Of a stretch of 64,000 bases of DNA, positions 19,383 to 31,192 are shown in pieces. The notes beneath the pieces were generated by a model. The model had not been told where the DNA came from. It ran no database searches and was given only the letters and a program-made list of their open reading frames with translations. The position numbers and the translations under genes are program-made. Each line of letters begins with the position of its first letter. The stretch's first letter is position 1. Source of the stretch: Collinsella sp. (GTDB lineage Bacteria > Actinomycetota > Coriobacteriia > Coriobacteriales > Coriobacteriaceae); assembly GCA_034088265.1 (NCBI GenBank), contig JAXDWR010000078.1:39335-103334 (forward strand), given 5' to 3'.

Positions 19383-20201
19383 ATGGCACCCACCATCGCA
19401 ATCATCGGCGCGCTCGAGAAGGAAGTGCGCCAGATCTACAGCGCCATCGACCACGGGACCGTGGCCGAGGAGGCGGGCCTCAAGGTCATGGGGGGCACCT
19501 ACCATGGCTTCAACCTCGTGTGCACCACCGCCGGCATGGGGACGGTCAACGCCGCCGCCGCGGCCCAGCACCTCATCTCGCGCTACGGCGCCAACGCCAT
19601 CATCTTCAGCGGCATCGCCGGGGGCCTCAACCCGGCCCTCCACACCGACGACGTGGTGATCGGCGAGCGCCTGCGCTACATCGACACCGACACGGCCCTC
19701 ATCGCCGAGTCCACGCCCCACCTCGAGGAGTACGAGAGCACGGGCTTCCTCGTCGACCTCGCCGAGGAGACCCTCCTCGCCCACGGGTTCCTGAGCGCCG
19801 AGCTCACCGACGAGGAGATCGCCGAGGGCACCGCCGCCCGCGCCGCGGCGGACGCCTCGCCCTTCCGCCGCAACGACACGAGCGCCGAGGTCCGCCGCTA
19901 TCTGCGCGGGACCATCGCCACGGGCAACCGCTTCATAACCGGCCCCGAGGCGCGCGAGCGCGTCGTGGCCGCCACCCAGGCCGATTGCGCCGAGATGGAG
20001 GGCGCCGCCATCGCGCACGTGGCCGCCAAGAACCGCATCGACTGCCTGGTGCTCCGTGCCATCTCGGACAACTGCGACGAGGAGTACGACGCGTTCTGCG
20101 AGCGCGAGTTCGACCTCGACCGCTACGCCCGCTCGGCGAGCGCCCTCACCCTGGCGATCGTGCGCAGGCTCGGTGCCAAGCTCGGCATCGAGGGGCGCTA
20201 G
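19383..20201 (+). CDS. mtnN: 5'-methylthioadenosine/S-adenosylhomocysteine nucleosidase
   Basis: IIGALEKE, GMGTVNAA, FSGIAG, EMEGAA and RAISD motifs, with an internal acidic/Ala-rich insertion. Confidence 0.9.
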   Translation: MAPTIAIIGALEKEVRQIYSAIDHGTVAEEAGLKVMGGTYHGFNLVCTTAGMGTVNAAAAAQHLISRYGANAIIFSGIAGGLNPALHTDDVVIGERLRYIDTDTALIAESTPHLEEYESTGFLVDLAEETLLAHGFLSAELTDEEIAEGTAARAAADASPFRRNDTSAEVRRYLRGTIATGNRFITGPEARERVVAATQADCAEMEGAAIAHVAAKNRIDCLVLRAISDNCDEEYDAFCEREFDLDRYARSASALTLAIVRRLGAKLGIEGR

Positions 20202-20249
20202 CGCGAACCGACCACACCCCCCCATCACAACCCAAGACCAGGAGCCACC

Positions 20250-20849
20250 ATGAGCCAGATCAACTACAACCTCGCCTCGTTCGTCGCCAGCTACGGCGCG
20301 ATCAACCAGATCCCCGAGTCGACCTGCCCCGAGGTGAGCTTCGTGGGTCGCTCCAACGTGGGCAAGTCCTCCATCATGAACAAGCTCTTCGGCCGCAAGG
20401 GCCTGGTCAAGGTGTCGAGCACGCCGGGCAAGACGGCCAACATCAACTTCTTCGAGGCCGACGGCGTGCACTTCGTCGACCTCCCCGGATACGGCTTCGC
20501 GCAGCGCTCCAAGTCTGAGCGCGGACGCTGGGCCCGTCTCATCGGGGACTTCCTGAACAGCGAGCGCAGCTTCAACCTCGTGGTCTCGCTCGTGGACATC
20601 CGCCACGATCCCTCCAAGCTCGACCTCGAGATGATCGAGTTCCTGCGCGAGGGCGGCTTCAATTTCGTGGTATGCCTCACCAAGGCCGACAAGATCAGCA
20701 AGGGCCAGCAGGGAAGGCAGCTCGCGTCAATCCGCAAGCAACTCGGTGTCCCCGCCGAGGACATCATCGTCACCTCGTCCCAGACAGGGATCGGGATCGA
20801 CCTCCTCAAGCAGCGCATAGAGCTCGACTGCCTCGGCGAGGAGGAATAG
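20250..20849 (+). CDS. yihA: Ribosome biogenesis GTPase YihA/YsxC (EngB)
   Basis: GRSNVGKSS, STPGKT, DLPGYG and TKADK motifs. Confidence 0.96.
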   Translation: MSQINYNLASFVASYGAINQIPESTCPEVSFVGRSNVGKSSIMNKLFGRKGLVKVSSTPGKTANINFFEADGVHFVDLPGYGFAQRSKSERGRWARLIGDFLNSERSFNLVVSLVDIRHDPSKLDLEMIEFLREGGFNFVVCLTKADKISKGQQGRQLASIRKQLGVPAEDIIVTSSQTGIGIDLLKQRIELDCLGEEE

Positions 20850-20896
20850 CGCGCGGGCCCCGAAGCGATGACCGGGGGCATGGTGCCTAAAGGTCG

Positions 20897-21766
20897 CTAT
20901 TCGGCCAGGTTCCCCGCCTCGGCCTCGCGCTTGTGAGCCTCACGGCCATAGGCGATCCAGTAGCCCACGCCCACGATGAGGATGCCGCCCGCCACGTTTC
21001 CCAACGTGGCGGCGGAGAGGTTGTGCACCAGCGACGCCGCGTCGAGCGCCTCAACGCCGGCAACGCCCGCCCCGAAGCCCGCAGCCTTGGCAGCCAGGCC
21101 CATGGGCAGGAAGAACATGTTGGCGACGCAGTGCTCGAAGCCCATCACCACGAAGGCCGAGACCGGCAGGATGATGCCCAGGACCTTGTCGGCCGTGCTG
21201 CGCGCGCCGAAGCCGATCCACACCGCGAGGCACACCAGCAGGTTGCAGAGAACGCCCTTGAAGAACAGCGTGTGCCACGCCGGCGTCACCTTTCCAACGG
21301 CCAACTCGACCATGGCCTCTCCCACCGCACCGGCTCCCAGTCCCTGGAGGTTGGCCAAGAAGACGAGGGCGGCGATGGCCACGGCTCCCACGAAGTTGCC
21401 GCACCACACGATCGACCAGTTGCGGACCAGGCCCCAGCCGGAGATCTTGCCGGAGGCCTTGCCCAGCACCATGAGGGCGTTGCCGGTGAAGAGCTCGGCG
21501 CCGCAAAGGAGCACCAGCTCAAGACCAAGACAGAAGCAAAGACCGCCCAAGGCGCGCTGAGCCGCGTAGCCCATCTCGCGGTCGCCCATGACCACTGTGA
21601 AGAACGCCGCGCCCAGGGCCACGAAGGCGCCGGCGAACATGGCGAGCACGAAGAGCTTGACGAGGGGCATGTTGGCTTTGCTGATGGCCACGTTCTCAGC
21701 CTTGGACTCGATCTGCTCGGGCGTGAGCGCATCGGGGACAAGATGATGGGCGGGCAGGTCGTGCAT
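20897..21766 (-). CDS. Formate/nitrite transporter (FNT) family protein
   Basis: GAELFTGN, GNFVG, GVLCNLLVC, GFEHCVANM and GNVAGG motifs. Confidence 0.93.
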   Translation of the reverse strand: MHDLPAHHLVPDALTPEQIESKAENVAISKANMPLVKLFVLAMFAGAFVALGAAFFTVVMGDREMGYAAQRALGGLCFCLGLELVLLCGAELFTGNALMVLGKASGKISGWGLVRNWSIVWCGNFVGAVAIAALVFLANLQGLGAGAVGEAMVELAVGKVTPAWHTLFFKGVLCNLLVCLAVWIGFGARSTADKVLGIILPVSAFVVMGFEHCVANMFFLPMGLAAKAAGFGAGVAGVEALDAASLVHNLSAATLGNVAGGILIVGVGYWIAYGREAHKREAEAGNLAE

Positions 21767-21862
21767 GGGGGAACCTCCGGGACTATCTCATCTGGCACAT
21801 AGTTCGTATCGGGCATCCGACGCATGCCCCCAACGCACGGGGGAATGCGTCGGCAGGAGGGG

Positions 21863-24292
<2,430 letters not shown>

Positions 24293-24311
24293 TCAGACGG
24301 GCGACGCGGTG

Positions 24312-24500
24312 CTAGGCCTCCTCGGCCCCTTGCGCGGCCTCAGCGGAGGCAGCCTCCTCGGCCTCGGCCTCCAGACGCGCCTCGCGGCGGTCGGCGATGT
24401 TGTTCAGGCCCGCGCAGACGCAGAGGGCGATCGCGACGGCGCCGCCGATGACGGCGAGGATGATCGGCGGGATGCCGACCATGATGATGGGATCGGTCAT
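24312..24500 (-). CDS. 62-aa single-TM protein in the rnfB position (probable RnfB membrane-anchor stub without Fe-S domains)
   Basis: MTDPIIMVGIPPIILAVIGGAVAIALCVCAGLNNIADRREARLEAEAEEA... AGGGGG RBS, 14 bp after the rnfA stop. Confidence 0.65.
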   Translation of the reverse strand: MTDPIIMVGIPPIILAVIGGAVAIALCVCAGLNNIADRREARLEAEAEEAASAEAAQGAEEA

Positions 24501-24514
24501 ATCTGAATCCCCCC

Positions 24515-25111
24515 TTATACGAAGAGCCCGCCTGCGATGCCCGCGACGCCGGTGAACGCCAACGCCATGAGGGAGGCGGTGATCAGCGAGAGCGGGAGAC
24601 CGCGGAGCACGTGCGGGGCGAGCGTGTCGTCCACGCGGTCGCGGACGAAGGCGAACAGCACGACGGCGAGGGCCACGCCGAGACCGGACCCGAGCGAGGT
24701 GCCGAGGGCCGTGGTGAAGGTCATGGTCGCAGCTAAGGCGCCGGAAGACAGCGGCACGGCGAGGACGGCGGCGTTGCACGCGAGGATGGTGCAGGTGCGC
24801 AGGATGCGCGTGCGCTCATCGGAGGGCCTGCCGAGCCCCACGAGCGTCCCACCCAGGAAGATGGCGCCGGTGCTCGCGAGGATACAGCCGAGCGGCGCCA
24901 GGTAGTCGACGCCCCAGGGGGTCAGGTAGCCCGCATAGAGCGGCCAGCCCACGATCCCGGAGACCGCGACGGCGATGCCGAGCAGCGCGCCGAAGCGGAA
25001 GGCGTCCTGCGGGCGCTCGGCCACCAAGATGACCGAGACCATGGCGATGACCTGGGAAAAGACCAGGTTGTTATCGAACGCGGCAGTGAAGAGCGCGTTG
25101 AGGAACTCCAT
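24515..25111 (-). CDS. rnfA: Divergent RnfA/NqrE-family membrane subunit
   Basis: DNNLV N-terminus and LFAFVRDR...P..LRGLPLSLITASLMALAFTG C-terminus are typical of RnfA. Canonical GxCP and NC motifs are absent. Confidence 0.8.
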   Translation of the reverse strand: MEFLNALFTAAFDNNLVFSQVIAMVSVILVAERPQDAFRFGALLGIAVAVSGIVGWPLYAGYLTPWGVDYLAPLGCILASTGAIFLGGTLVGLGRPSDERTRILRTCTILACNAAVLAVPLSSGALAATMTFTTALGTSLGSGLGVALAVVLFAFVRDRVDDTLAPHVLRGLPLSLITASLMALAFTGVAGIAGGLFV

Positions 25112-25761
25112 TAGCGCCCACCTCCCTGGACATCGTTGGACGAGGCGGTGCGCACGTCGCAGACGGACTGCACGAAGGCGGCCACCAGCGCCAGGACCAA
25201 GAGGCTCCCGGCGGGCTTGCCGAAGATCGCGAGGGGCGAGGCGGCGAGCTCGGGCATGGTGAGACCGAAGACTTGGCCCGTGCTGAACATGCCATTGATG
25301 AAGCCCACGAAAGCCAGGGTCGCGAGCGCGCAGATGGCGGCGAAGGCGGCCGTCCCGATGGAGGAGCGGCCCGTGGGCTCGGCGGCGAAGCCGTCTTGGG
25401 CCACGAAGACGACGGCCATGGCGTTGAGGGAGGCGATCGGCAGGTAGATGCCGAGGGCCTCGAAGGCTAGCGGATCGGCGACGCGGATCGCGAAACCCAC
25501 GAGGACGGCGACGGTGACCTGGGCGAGGAGCGTCACGGGAAGATAGGAGAACGCGCCCGTGAAGCGCCGCGTCGCCGGGGCTATGATCGCCATCGAGAGG
25601 ATGGAGACGGCGGTGGCCAGGCCCATGTAGGCGCCGTTGGCAGCGGAGGTGGCCACGAAAAGTCCCGGAAGGGCGCCGGCGACGACCACGAAGGTCGGCG
25701 TGCGGACGAGCTTGGCGATGCGCTCGTCCTGCTCGCGCACGATGTTCTCGTTGAGCGCCAT
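25111..25761 (-). CDS. rnfE: Divergent RnfE/NqrD-family membrane subunit
   Basis: Position in the rnfCDGEA order, MGLAT, LGIYLP and PAGS.L.L motifs. Canonical cysteines are replaced (GALP, NA). Confidence 0.78.
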   Translation of the reverse strand: MALNENIVREQDERIAKLVRTPTFVVVAGALPGLFVATSAANGAYMGLATAVSILSMAIIAPATRRFTGAFSYLPVTLLAQVTVAVLVGFAIRVADPLAFEALGIYLPIASLNAMAVVFVAQDGFAAEPTGRSSIGTAAFAAICALATLAFVGFINGMFSTGQVFGLTMPELAASPLAIFGKPAGSLLVLALVAAFVQSVCDVRTASSNDVQGGGR

Positions 25762-25762
25762 G

Positions 25763-26350
25763 TTAGTTGCCTCCCATCTGCGCGAATGCCTCGAAGGCGA
25801 TGTTGAGGTCGGCTATGACGGCATTGGAGGTGAAGGTGGCGCCGGAGACGCCGTCCACCTTGGTCTCGCCGCTGCCCGGATCCTCGACCGTGAGCGTGCC
25901 GGTGGCGGCCAGATCCGAGAAGCTCGCGAAGTACTCCTCGGTGAGGGCGTTGGTGCCGATACCGTCGGTCTCGTCCTCGGCGACGATCTGGATGCCCGCG
26001 ACGGTGCCGCCCGAGGTGATGCCGATCATCAGCTGGACGTCGCCGTGATAGCCTGCGGATTGGACGTCGAAGACGTAGTCGCCGGCGTCGGTCTTGTAGA
26101 CGGAGTTGAGGCCCTCGATCGCCGGGGCGGAGAGCTTCTCGAAGGACGCGGCCTCGGGGAAGAGCAGCGCGCGCTGGCTTCCACCCTTCGCCTCGTCGAG
26201 ACGGGCGTCGGACTCGGCGAAGGCGCCGGCCGCGGCCCAGTGGACACCAGCGGTCAGGCCGCCGCACACCAGGGTGGCGACGAGCACGAGCGCGAACGTG
26301 TAGAACGCGCCGTTGCGATGGCGTGCGAGCCAGGAGTTAGACGAGGGCAT
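25763..26350 (-). CDS. rnfG: RnfG, FMN-binding extracytoplasmic subunit
   Basis: N-terminal TM anchor, GYHG, ETDGIG and covalent-FMN motif DGVSGATFTS. Confidence 0.9.
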   Translation of the reverse strand: MPSSNSWLARHRNGAFYTFALVLVATLVCGGLTAGVHWAAAGAFAESDARLDEAKGGSQRALLFPEAASFEKLSAPAIEGLNSVYKTDAGDYVFDVQSAGYHGDVQLMIGITSGGTVAGIQIVAEDETDGIGTNALTEEYFASFSDLAATGTLTVEDPGSGETKVDGVSGATFTSNAVIADLNIAFEAFAQMGGN

Positions 26351-27260
26351 TCTTGACACCTCCCACCGGACAGGGACGCGTGTAGCGATCAATGAGGGGA
26401 ACGAGCATGTTCATGAAGAGGATGGAGAAGGCGACGCCCTCGGGCGCGGCGGCGAAGATGCGGACGAGCGCGGTGATGAGGCCGCAACCCACACCGAAGA
26501 TGACCTTGCCCTTGGGGGTCATGGGCGTGGTGGTGTAGTCCGTCGCCATGAAGAAGGCGCCAAGCGCCAGGCCTCCGGAGAGGAGCTGGGCCAGGACGTC
26601 CTCGCCCGCGAGGCCCGTGAGGACGGCCACGGTGGCTATGAAGGGCACGGTCGCCCAGGCGTCAACGACGCGCATGGCCAGCAGGAAGAGGTATCCGATG
26701 AGCAGGGTGAGCACGCAGGTCTCGCCGAGGGCGCCGGCGTGGTTGCCCACGAGGAGGTCGAGCAGGCTATAGGGGTTGGCCTCCATCGCCAGGGGCGTCG
26801 CGCCGGTGATGGCGTCGAGCGGTTTGCCCGCGACGTCCGGATAGGCGGAGAGCGCGCTCGGCAGCGCGACCATCACGAAGATGCGCGCCGCGACCGCCGG
26901 GTTGGCGAAGTTGCAGCCTATGCCGCCGAAGAGCATCTTGACGACCACGATGGCAAAGGCGGTACCCAGGACAGCGACCTCGAACGGGCAGGTGGCGGGC
27001 AGCGTGAAGGCGAAGAGCATCGCGGTGACCACACAGGAGAGGTCGCCGGCGGTGGACTCGCGCTTCATAGCGATGCAGCACAGGTGCTCGCTCACCAGGG
27101 CCGTGGCGATGCAGACGAGCACGAGGAGCGGGGCGCGCAGGCCGTAGAGCCAGGTCGCGGCCACGAGCGTGGGGACGAGCGCCAGGCACACGGCACCCAT
27201 GATCTTGAACGTTGAGCTGTCGCCGTGGAAATGCGGCGAGTCCTCGAAGATCAGGTTCAT
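26337..27260 (-). CDS. rnfD: RnfD membrane subunit
   Basis: SPH N-terminus, KMLFGGIG.NFANPA, flavinylation motif DAITGATPL, GETC, FMATDYTTTP and PEGV. Confidence 0.95.
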   Translation of the reverse strand: MNLIFEDSPHFHGDSSTFKIMGAVCLALVPTLVAATWLYGLRAPLLVLVCIATALVSEHLCCIAMKRESTAGDLSCVVTAMLFAFTLPATCPFEVAVLGTAFAIVVVKMLFGGIGCNFANPAVAARIFVMVALPSALSAYPDVAGKPLDAITGATPLAMEANPYSLLDLLVGNHAGALGETCVLTLLIGYLFLLAMRVVDAWATVPFIATVAVLTGLAGEDVLAQLLSGGLALGAFFMATDYTTTPMTPKGKVIFGVGCGLITALVRIFAAAPEGVAFSILFMNMLVPLIDRYTRPCPVGGVKNALV

Positions 27261-27265
27261 ATCGC

Positions 27266-28603
27266 TCACGCCTCCTTTCGGGGTTGCGTCAGGCGCGCGA
27301 CCTCGCCGCGATAGACGGCCTTGCCCTCGCGGATCGAGGCGGTGATGCGCCGGTGGGCAGGGCAGGTGAACGCGCAGGAGCCGCACTCCATGCAGTTCAT
27401 GACCGCGAGCTCGTCGAGGGCGACCGCGTCATGGCGGCGGCTCGCGGCGTCGAGGGCGAAGGGCATGAGGCCGAGCGGGCAGACGCGCACGCATCGACCG
27501 CAGCGGATGCAGGGGGACTCCTCGGGAAGGACCGCCCCCTTGTCGAGGCAGAGGATGGCGTTGTTGGCCTTGAGGATGGGGCAGTCGATGTCGGCGACCG
27601 TGCGTCCCATCATGGGGCCGCCCATGATGACCTTCTTGGGATCCTTGATGAGCCCACCCGTGGCCTCGATGACGTCGCGGACGCTCATGCCGAGCGGGAC
27701 GCGGTAGTTGCCGGGGTTGGCCACGCAGTCGCCCGCGAGGGTGATGGTGCGGCGGACCAGCGGGACGCCGTAGCGGAAGTACTCCTCCACGCGCGAGACG
27801 GTGGTGACGTTGAGCACCAGGCAGCCGGCGTCGATGGGCAGCCCGCCAGCCGGAACGGCGCGGCCGGTCGCGGCCTCGATGAGGACCTTCTCGCCGCCCG
27901 CGGGGTACTTGGTGGGAACCATGAGGACCTGGATGAGGTCGCCGAGGCCCTTCTCGGCGATGGCCTTTTCGAGCGCCTCGACGGCCTCGGGCTTGTTGTC
28001 CTCCACGCCGATCACCGCGGCGGGGATCTGCAGGGCGCGCGCCACGCGGGCGACGCCGTCGACGACGCGATCCGCGTGCTCGATCATCTGGCGGTAGTCG
28101 CTCGTGATATAGGGCTCGCACTCCATGGCGTTGATGACCACGAACTCAAAGCTCTTGCCCTCGGGGGCCTTCATCTTGAACCACGTGGGGAACGAGGCGC
28201 CGCCCAAGCCGACCACGCCGGAATCGCGCACGCAGGAGATGAACTCCTCCTTGGTGGAGTACGTGGGGACCGTGAGCGCGGGATCGTTCTCCATCTTGCC
28301 GTCGGAGGCGATCTCGACCACGGGGGCGGTGGCCCCGGTGGGCAGCTTCTGGGTGGCGACCGAGACCACGGTGCCGGAGACGCTCGCATGGACGGGAACG
28401 CAGAGCCCCTCGCCGTCGCCGATGCGCGTACCTATGTACACGTGGTCGCCCTCGCTGACACATGGGGTGCAGGGTGCGCCGATGTGCATGTTGAGCGGGA
28501 TCCGAACCCTGCTCGGGGGCTCGATCCACGTGCAGGGACAATCTCGGGTGTCCTTGCACTGGGGCGGATGAACGCCGCCCAGCGTCTTATGAAGAGAGAA
28601 CAT
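27266..28603 (-). CDS. rnfC: RnfC NADH/FMN-binding subunit with 2x[4Fe-4S]
   Basis: GGVHP, HIGAP, GLGGASFPT, NAMECEPY, YPAGGE, GGPMMG, CIRCGRCVRVCP and CMECGSCAFTCP motifs. Confidence 0.95.
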   Translation of the reverse strand: MFSLHKTLGGVHPPQCKDTRDCPCTWIEPPSRVRIPLNMHIGAPCTPCVSEGDHVYIGTRIGDGEGLCVPVHASVSGTVVSVATQKLPTGATAPVVEIASDGKMENDPALTVPTYSTKEEFISCVRDSGVVGLGGASFPTWFKMKAPEGKSFEFVVINAMECEPYITSDYRQMIEHADRVVDGVARVARALQIPAAVIGVEDNKPEAVEALEKAIAEKGLGDLIQVLMVPTKYPAGGEKVLIEAATGRAVPAGGLPIDAGCLVLNVTTVSRVEEYFRYGVPLVRRTITLAGDCVANPGNYRVPLGMSVRDVIEATGGLIKDPKKVIMGGPMMGRTVADIDCPILKANNAILCLDKGAVLPEESPCIRCGRCVRVCPLGLMPFALDAASRRHDAVALDELAVMNCMECGSCAFTCPAHRRITASIREGKAVYRGEVARLTQPRKEA

Positions 28604-28788
28604 TTCTCCCCTTCCTGCCCTCTTCCTCAACCGGCACGGGCCCAATCCCCCGAGCCGGCATCGTCCAAAGTTTGATTTTACCTGCTTTCCCACATATTAT
28701 GGGCGCTTTTTATCTTTCTTGGCGATGAAGGCTCCCTCGCGCCGACGCTGTTTTGCATATCCATGCCCCAAGGAGCCCTTTCAACGCG

Positions 28789-28818
28789 GACGGGGCGGAC
28801 CCGAAGGCCCGCCCCGTC
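28789..28818. terminator. Hairpin downstream of htrA
   Basis: GACGGGGCGG/CCGCCCCGTC 10-bp stem. Confidence 0.5.
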
Positions 28819-28871
28819 TTGCAAAGGCTCGTCTATGGATGGCCCGGAAGATCCGGGTCGGGCGCGGGGGA

Positions 28872-30245
28872 TCAGCCCCGCTCGCTGGACATCCCGCCGC
28901 CCAGGAGCTCTTGGAGGTAGCGCAGGAACTCCTCCTCGGTCATGGAGTTGCCCGCGGCATCTCCCTGGGCCGCATCGCGCTGCTCGGCCTGGAGCGCCTC
29001 GTCCGATCCGAGCGTGACCTCGATCTCGACGGTCTCCTTGCCGCGTGCGACGGTCAGCTTGACGGTGTCGCCCACCTCGCGCTCGCGCAGGGCGATGATG
29101 AGGCCGTCGGCGGAGATGATGGACTCACCATCGACCGCCGTGACCACGTCGTCGGCCATGAGGCCCGCCTCCTCGGCGGGGCCGCCGGGGGCCACCTCGA
29201 TGACCAGCGCACCCTCGTTGACCGAGAGGTCCGACTGGCGCGCCGTGAGGGCGTTGACCGAGGTCAGGGTCGCGCCGAGATAGGGATGGACGGGCGTCTT
29301 GCCATCGATGATCTGGTTGGCGATGTCGATGGCGTAGTTGACGGGGATCGCGAAGCCCACGCCCGAGCTGGAGCCGGAATAGGACTCGATGATCGAGTTG
29401 ATGCCGATGAGCTTGCCCTGGTCGTTGACGAGGGCGCCACCGGAGTTGCCGGGGTTGATGGCGGCATCGGTCTGGATCATGTTGGCGTAGATCGAGGTGC
29501 CGTCAGCGCCGGGAAGTGCCGTTGAGCGATAGAGCGCGCTCACGATGCCGGTCGAGACGGACTGCTCGTTGCCAAAGGGGCTGCCGATCGCCATGACCCA
29601 CTCCCCGACCTTCAAGTCATCGGAGTCGCCGATCTCGATCGGGGTGAGGTCGCGCGCGGACACATCCTTGATCTTGATGACAGCAAGGTCGCTTGAGGGA
29701 TCCGAGCCCACGACCTCGGCCTCGTAGCTCTCGCCGCCCATGGAGACGGCCAGAGCGGAGGCGTTGGCGATCACGTGGTAGTTGGTGAGGATGTTCCCCT
29801 CCTTGTCGAGCACCACGCCCGATCCGACGCCGCCCTCATCGCCCATGGCGGTGATGGAGACGACCGAGGGCTGGGCCTTGGCCGCCACGACCTCGGGAAG
29901 GGTCGTGTCCTCGGGGTCGATCTTTATGGTCTGCGTCCCCTCGTTGGCGGGACGCGCCTCGACGTTGGTGTCGGTGATGCGGAAGGCCCCGGTCATGACC
30001 AGTGCGATCACCAGGACCGCTCCGACCACCAAGCCAGCCAGGGAGGCGATGAAGACCGGCACCTTCTTGGTGCGCGTCTTGACGACGGTGTGCCTGACCG
30101 TCTCGAACGTGGGCGGCACCTCGGACGCGACGCCGCGCGGGGGGACGGGCTCGCTCGGGGTGGGCTCCACCTCGACGCGCGGGGTCGAATGGGGCGTGGT
30201 GTCCCCTATGCCCTCGGGACGCTGGGGCACTCTCTCTTCACTCAT
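28872..30245 (-). CDS. htrA: Membrane-anchored HtrA/DegP serine protease with PDZ domain
   Basis: TM segment, TNYHV, SDLAV, IQTDAAINPGNSGGAL and C-terminal PDZ. Confidence 0.95.
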   Translation of the reverse strand: MSEERVPQRPEGIGDTTPHSTPRVEVEPTPSEPVPPRGVASEVPPTFETVRHTVVKTRTKKVPVFIASLAGLVVGAVLVIALVMTGAFRITDTNVEARPANEGTQTIKIDPEDTTLPEVVAAKAQPSVVSITAMGDEGGVGSGVVLDKEGNILTNYHVIANASALAVSMGGESYEAEVVGSDPSSDLAVIKIKDVSARDLTPIEIGDSDDLKVGEWVMAIGSPFGNEQSVSTGIVSALYRSTALPGADGTSIYANMIQTDAAINPGNSGGALVNDQGKLIGINSIIESYSGSSSGVGFAIPVNYAIDIANQIIDGKTPVHPYLGATLTSVNALTARQSDLSVNEGALVIEVAPGGPAEEAGLMADDVVTAVDGESIISADGLIIALREREVGDTVKLTVARGKETVEIEVTLGSDEALQAEQRDAAQGDAAGNSMTEEEFLRYLQELLGGGMSSERG

Positions 30246-30403
30246 GACAGATCCTTTCAACACACTTCGGTTGATGAGGTTGTACCCCATATGCGGGCCG
30301 TCACGCGGCCCCAAGGGGAAGGATTAACTGTTTCGCAAGCACCCTTAAGCAATTCGTAACGCCCTGGCGCATTCGCCGACAACGGGCACGGGAGCGGATG
30401 GCG

Positions 30404-31066
30404 TCACTCCTTGAAGAGGTAGCCCACACCGCGGACCGTGTTGATGTGGGCGGCGATCTGCGGACCCACCTTGGAGCGGATGCGACGGATGTGGACGTCG
30501 ACGGTGCGCGTGCCGCCGCAGTACTCGAAACCCCAGACGCGATGCAGCAGGACCTCGCGGCTGTAGGCGCGGTTGGGATGCGTCGCCAGGAACGAGAGGA
30601 GCGAGTACTCCATGAGGGTCAGGTCGACCGGCTCGTCATCGAGGGTGACCTGATAGGTGGCGAGGTTGATCGTCATGCCGTCGATCGTGAGGATGTCGTC
30701 CGCCGACAGGGGGTTCTCCTCACCCAAGAGCCTGCGGACGCGGATCTCGAGCTCGGTGGGACTCGCCCCCGAGGAGATGAAGTCGGCGCGGGCATGCGCG
30801 GGGATCTGGAGCCCGGAGAGGGCGTCCTCGTCGACCATGAGCAGCATGGGGATGCTCCCCCGCCCGTCGAGCCACTTGGCGATCTGCTCGAGGCGGTCGT
30901 TCCTCACGCCGTCGACATCGAGCAGCAAGAGGTCGAAATCGCGCGCCGAGCCCGGGGCGCCGGGCGTGGCCGTGTGGACCTCGGCGCCGACTGTGGAGAT
31001 GAGCGTCCGTGCAAGCTCATGGAAGCGCGTCGTGCGCGCCATGAACAATATGCTTCTCTCGGACAT
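30404..31066 (-). CDS. glnR: Orphan OmpR-family regulator, actinobacterial GlnR-like
   Basis: wHTH LATHPNRAYSREVLLHRVWGFEYCGGTRTVDVHIRR closely resembles GlnR. Atypical receiver, no adjacent kinase, next to a glnA homolog. Confidence 0.7.
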   Translation of the reverse strand: MSERSILFMARTTRFHELARTLISTVGAEVHTATPGAPGSARDFDLLLLDVDGVRNDRLEQIAKWLDGRGSIPMLLMVDEDALSGLQIPAHARADFISSGASPTELEIRVRRLLGEENPLSADDILTIDGMTINLATYQVTLDDEPVDLTLMEYSLLSFLATHPNRAYSREVLLHRVWGFEYCGGTRTVDVHIRRIRSKVGPQIAAHINTVRGVGYLFKE

Positions 31067-31192
31067 GAACACCTCCTTTTGGTCATGGCACATGATACCA
31101 AGACGCGCGCCGACGGTCGACGGCGACGCGCGCCCTTCATCGCGAGCGAACGGATGCGAGCGCCGTGCAGGCACTCGCGCGCATGCGATCCC

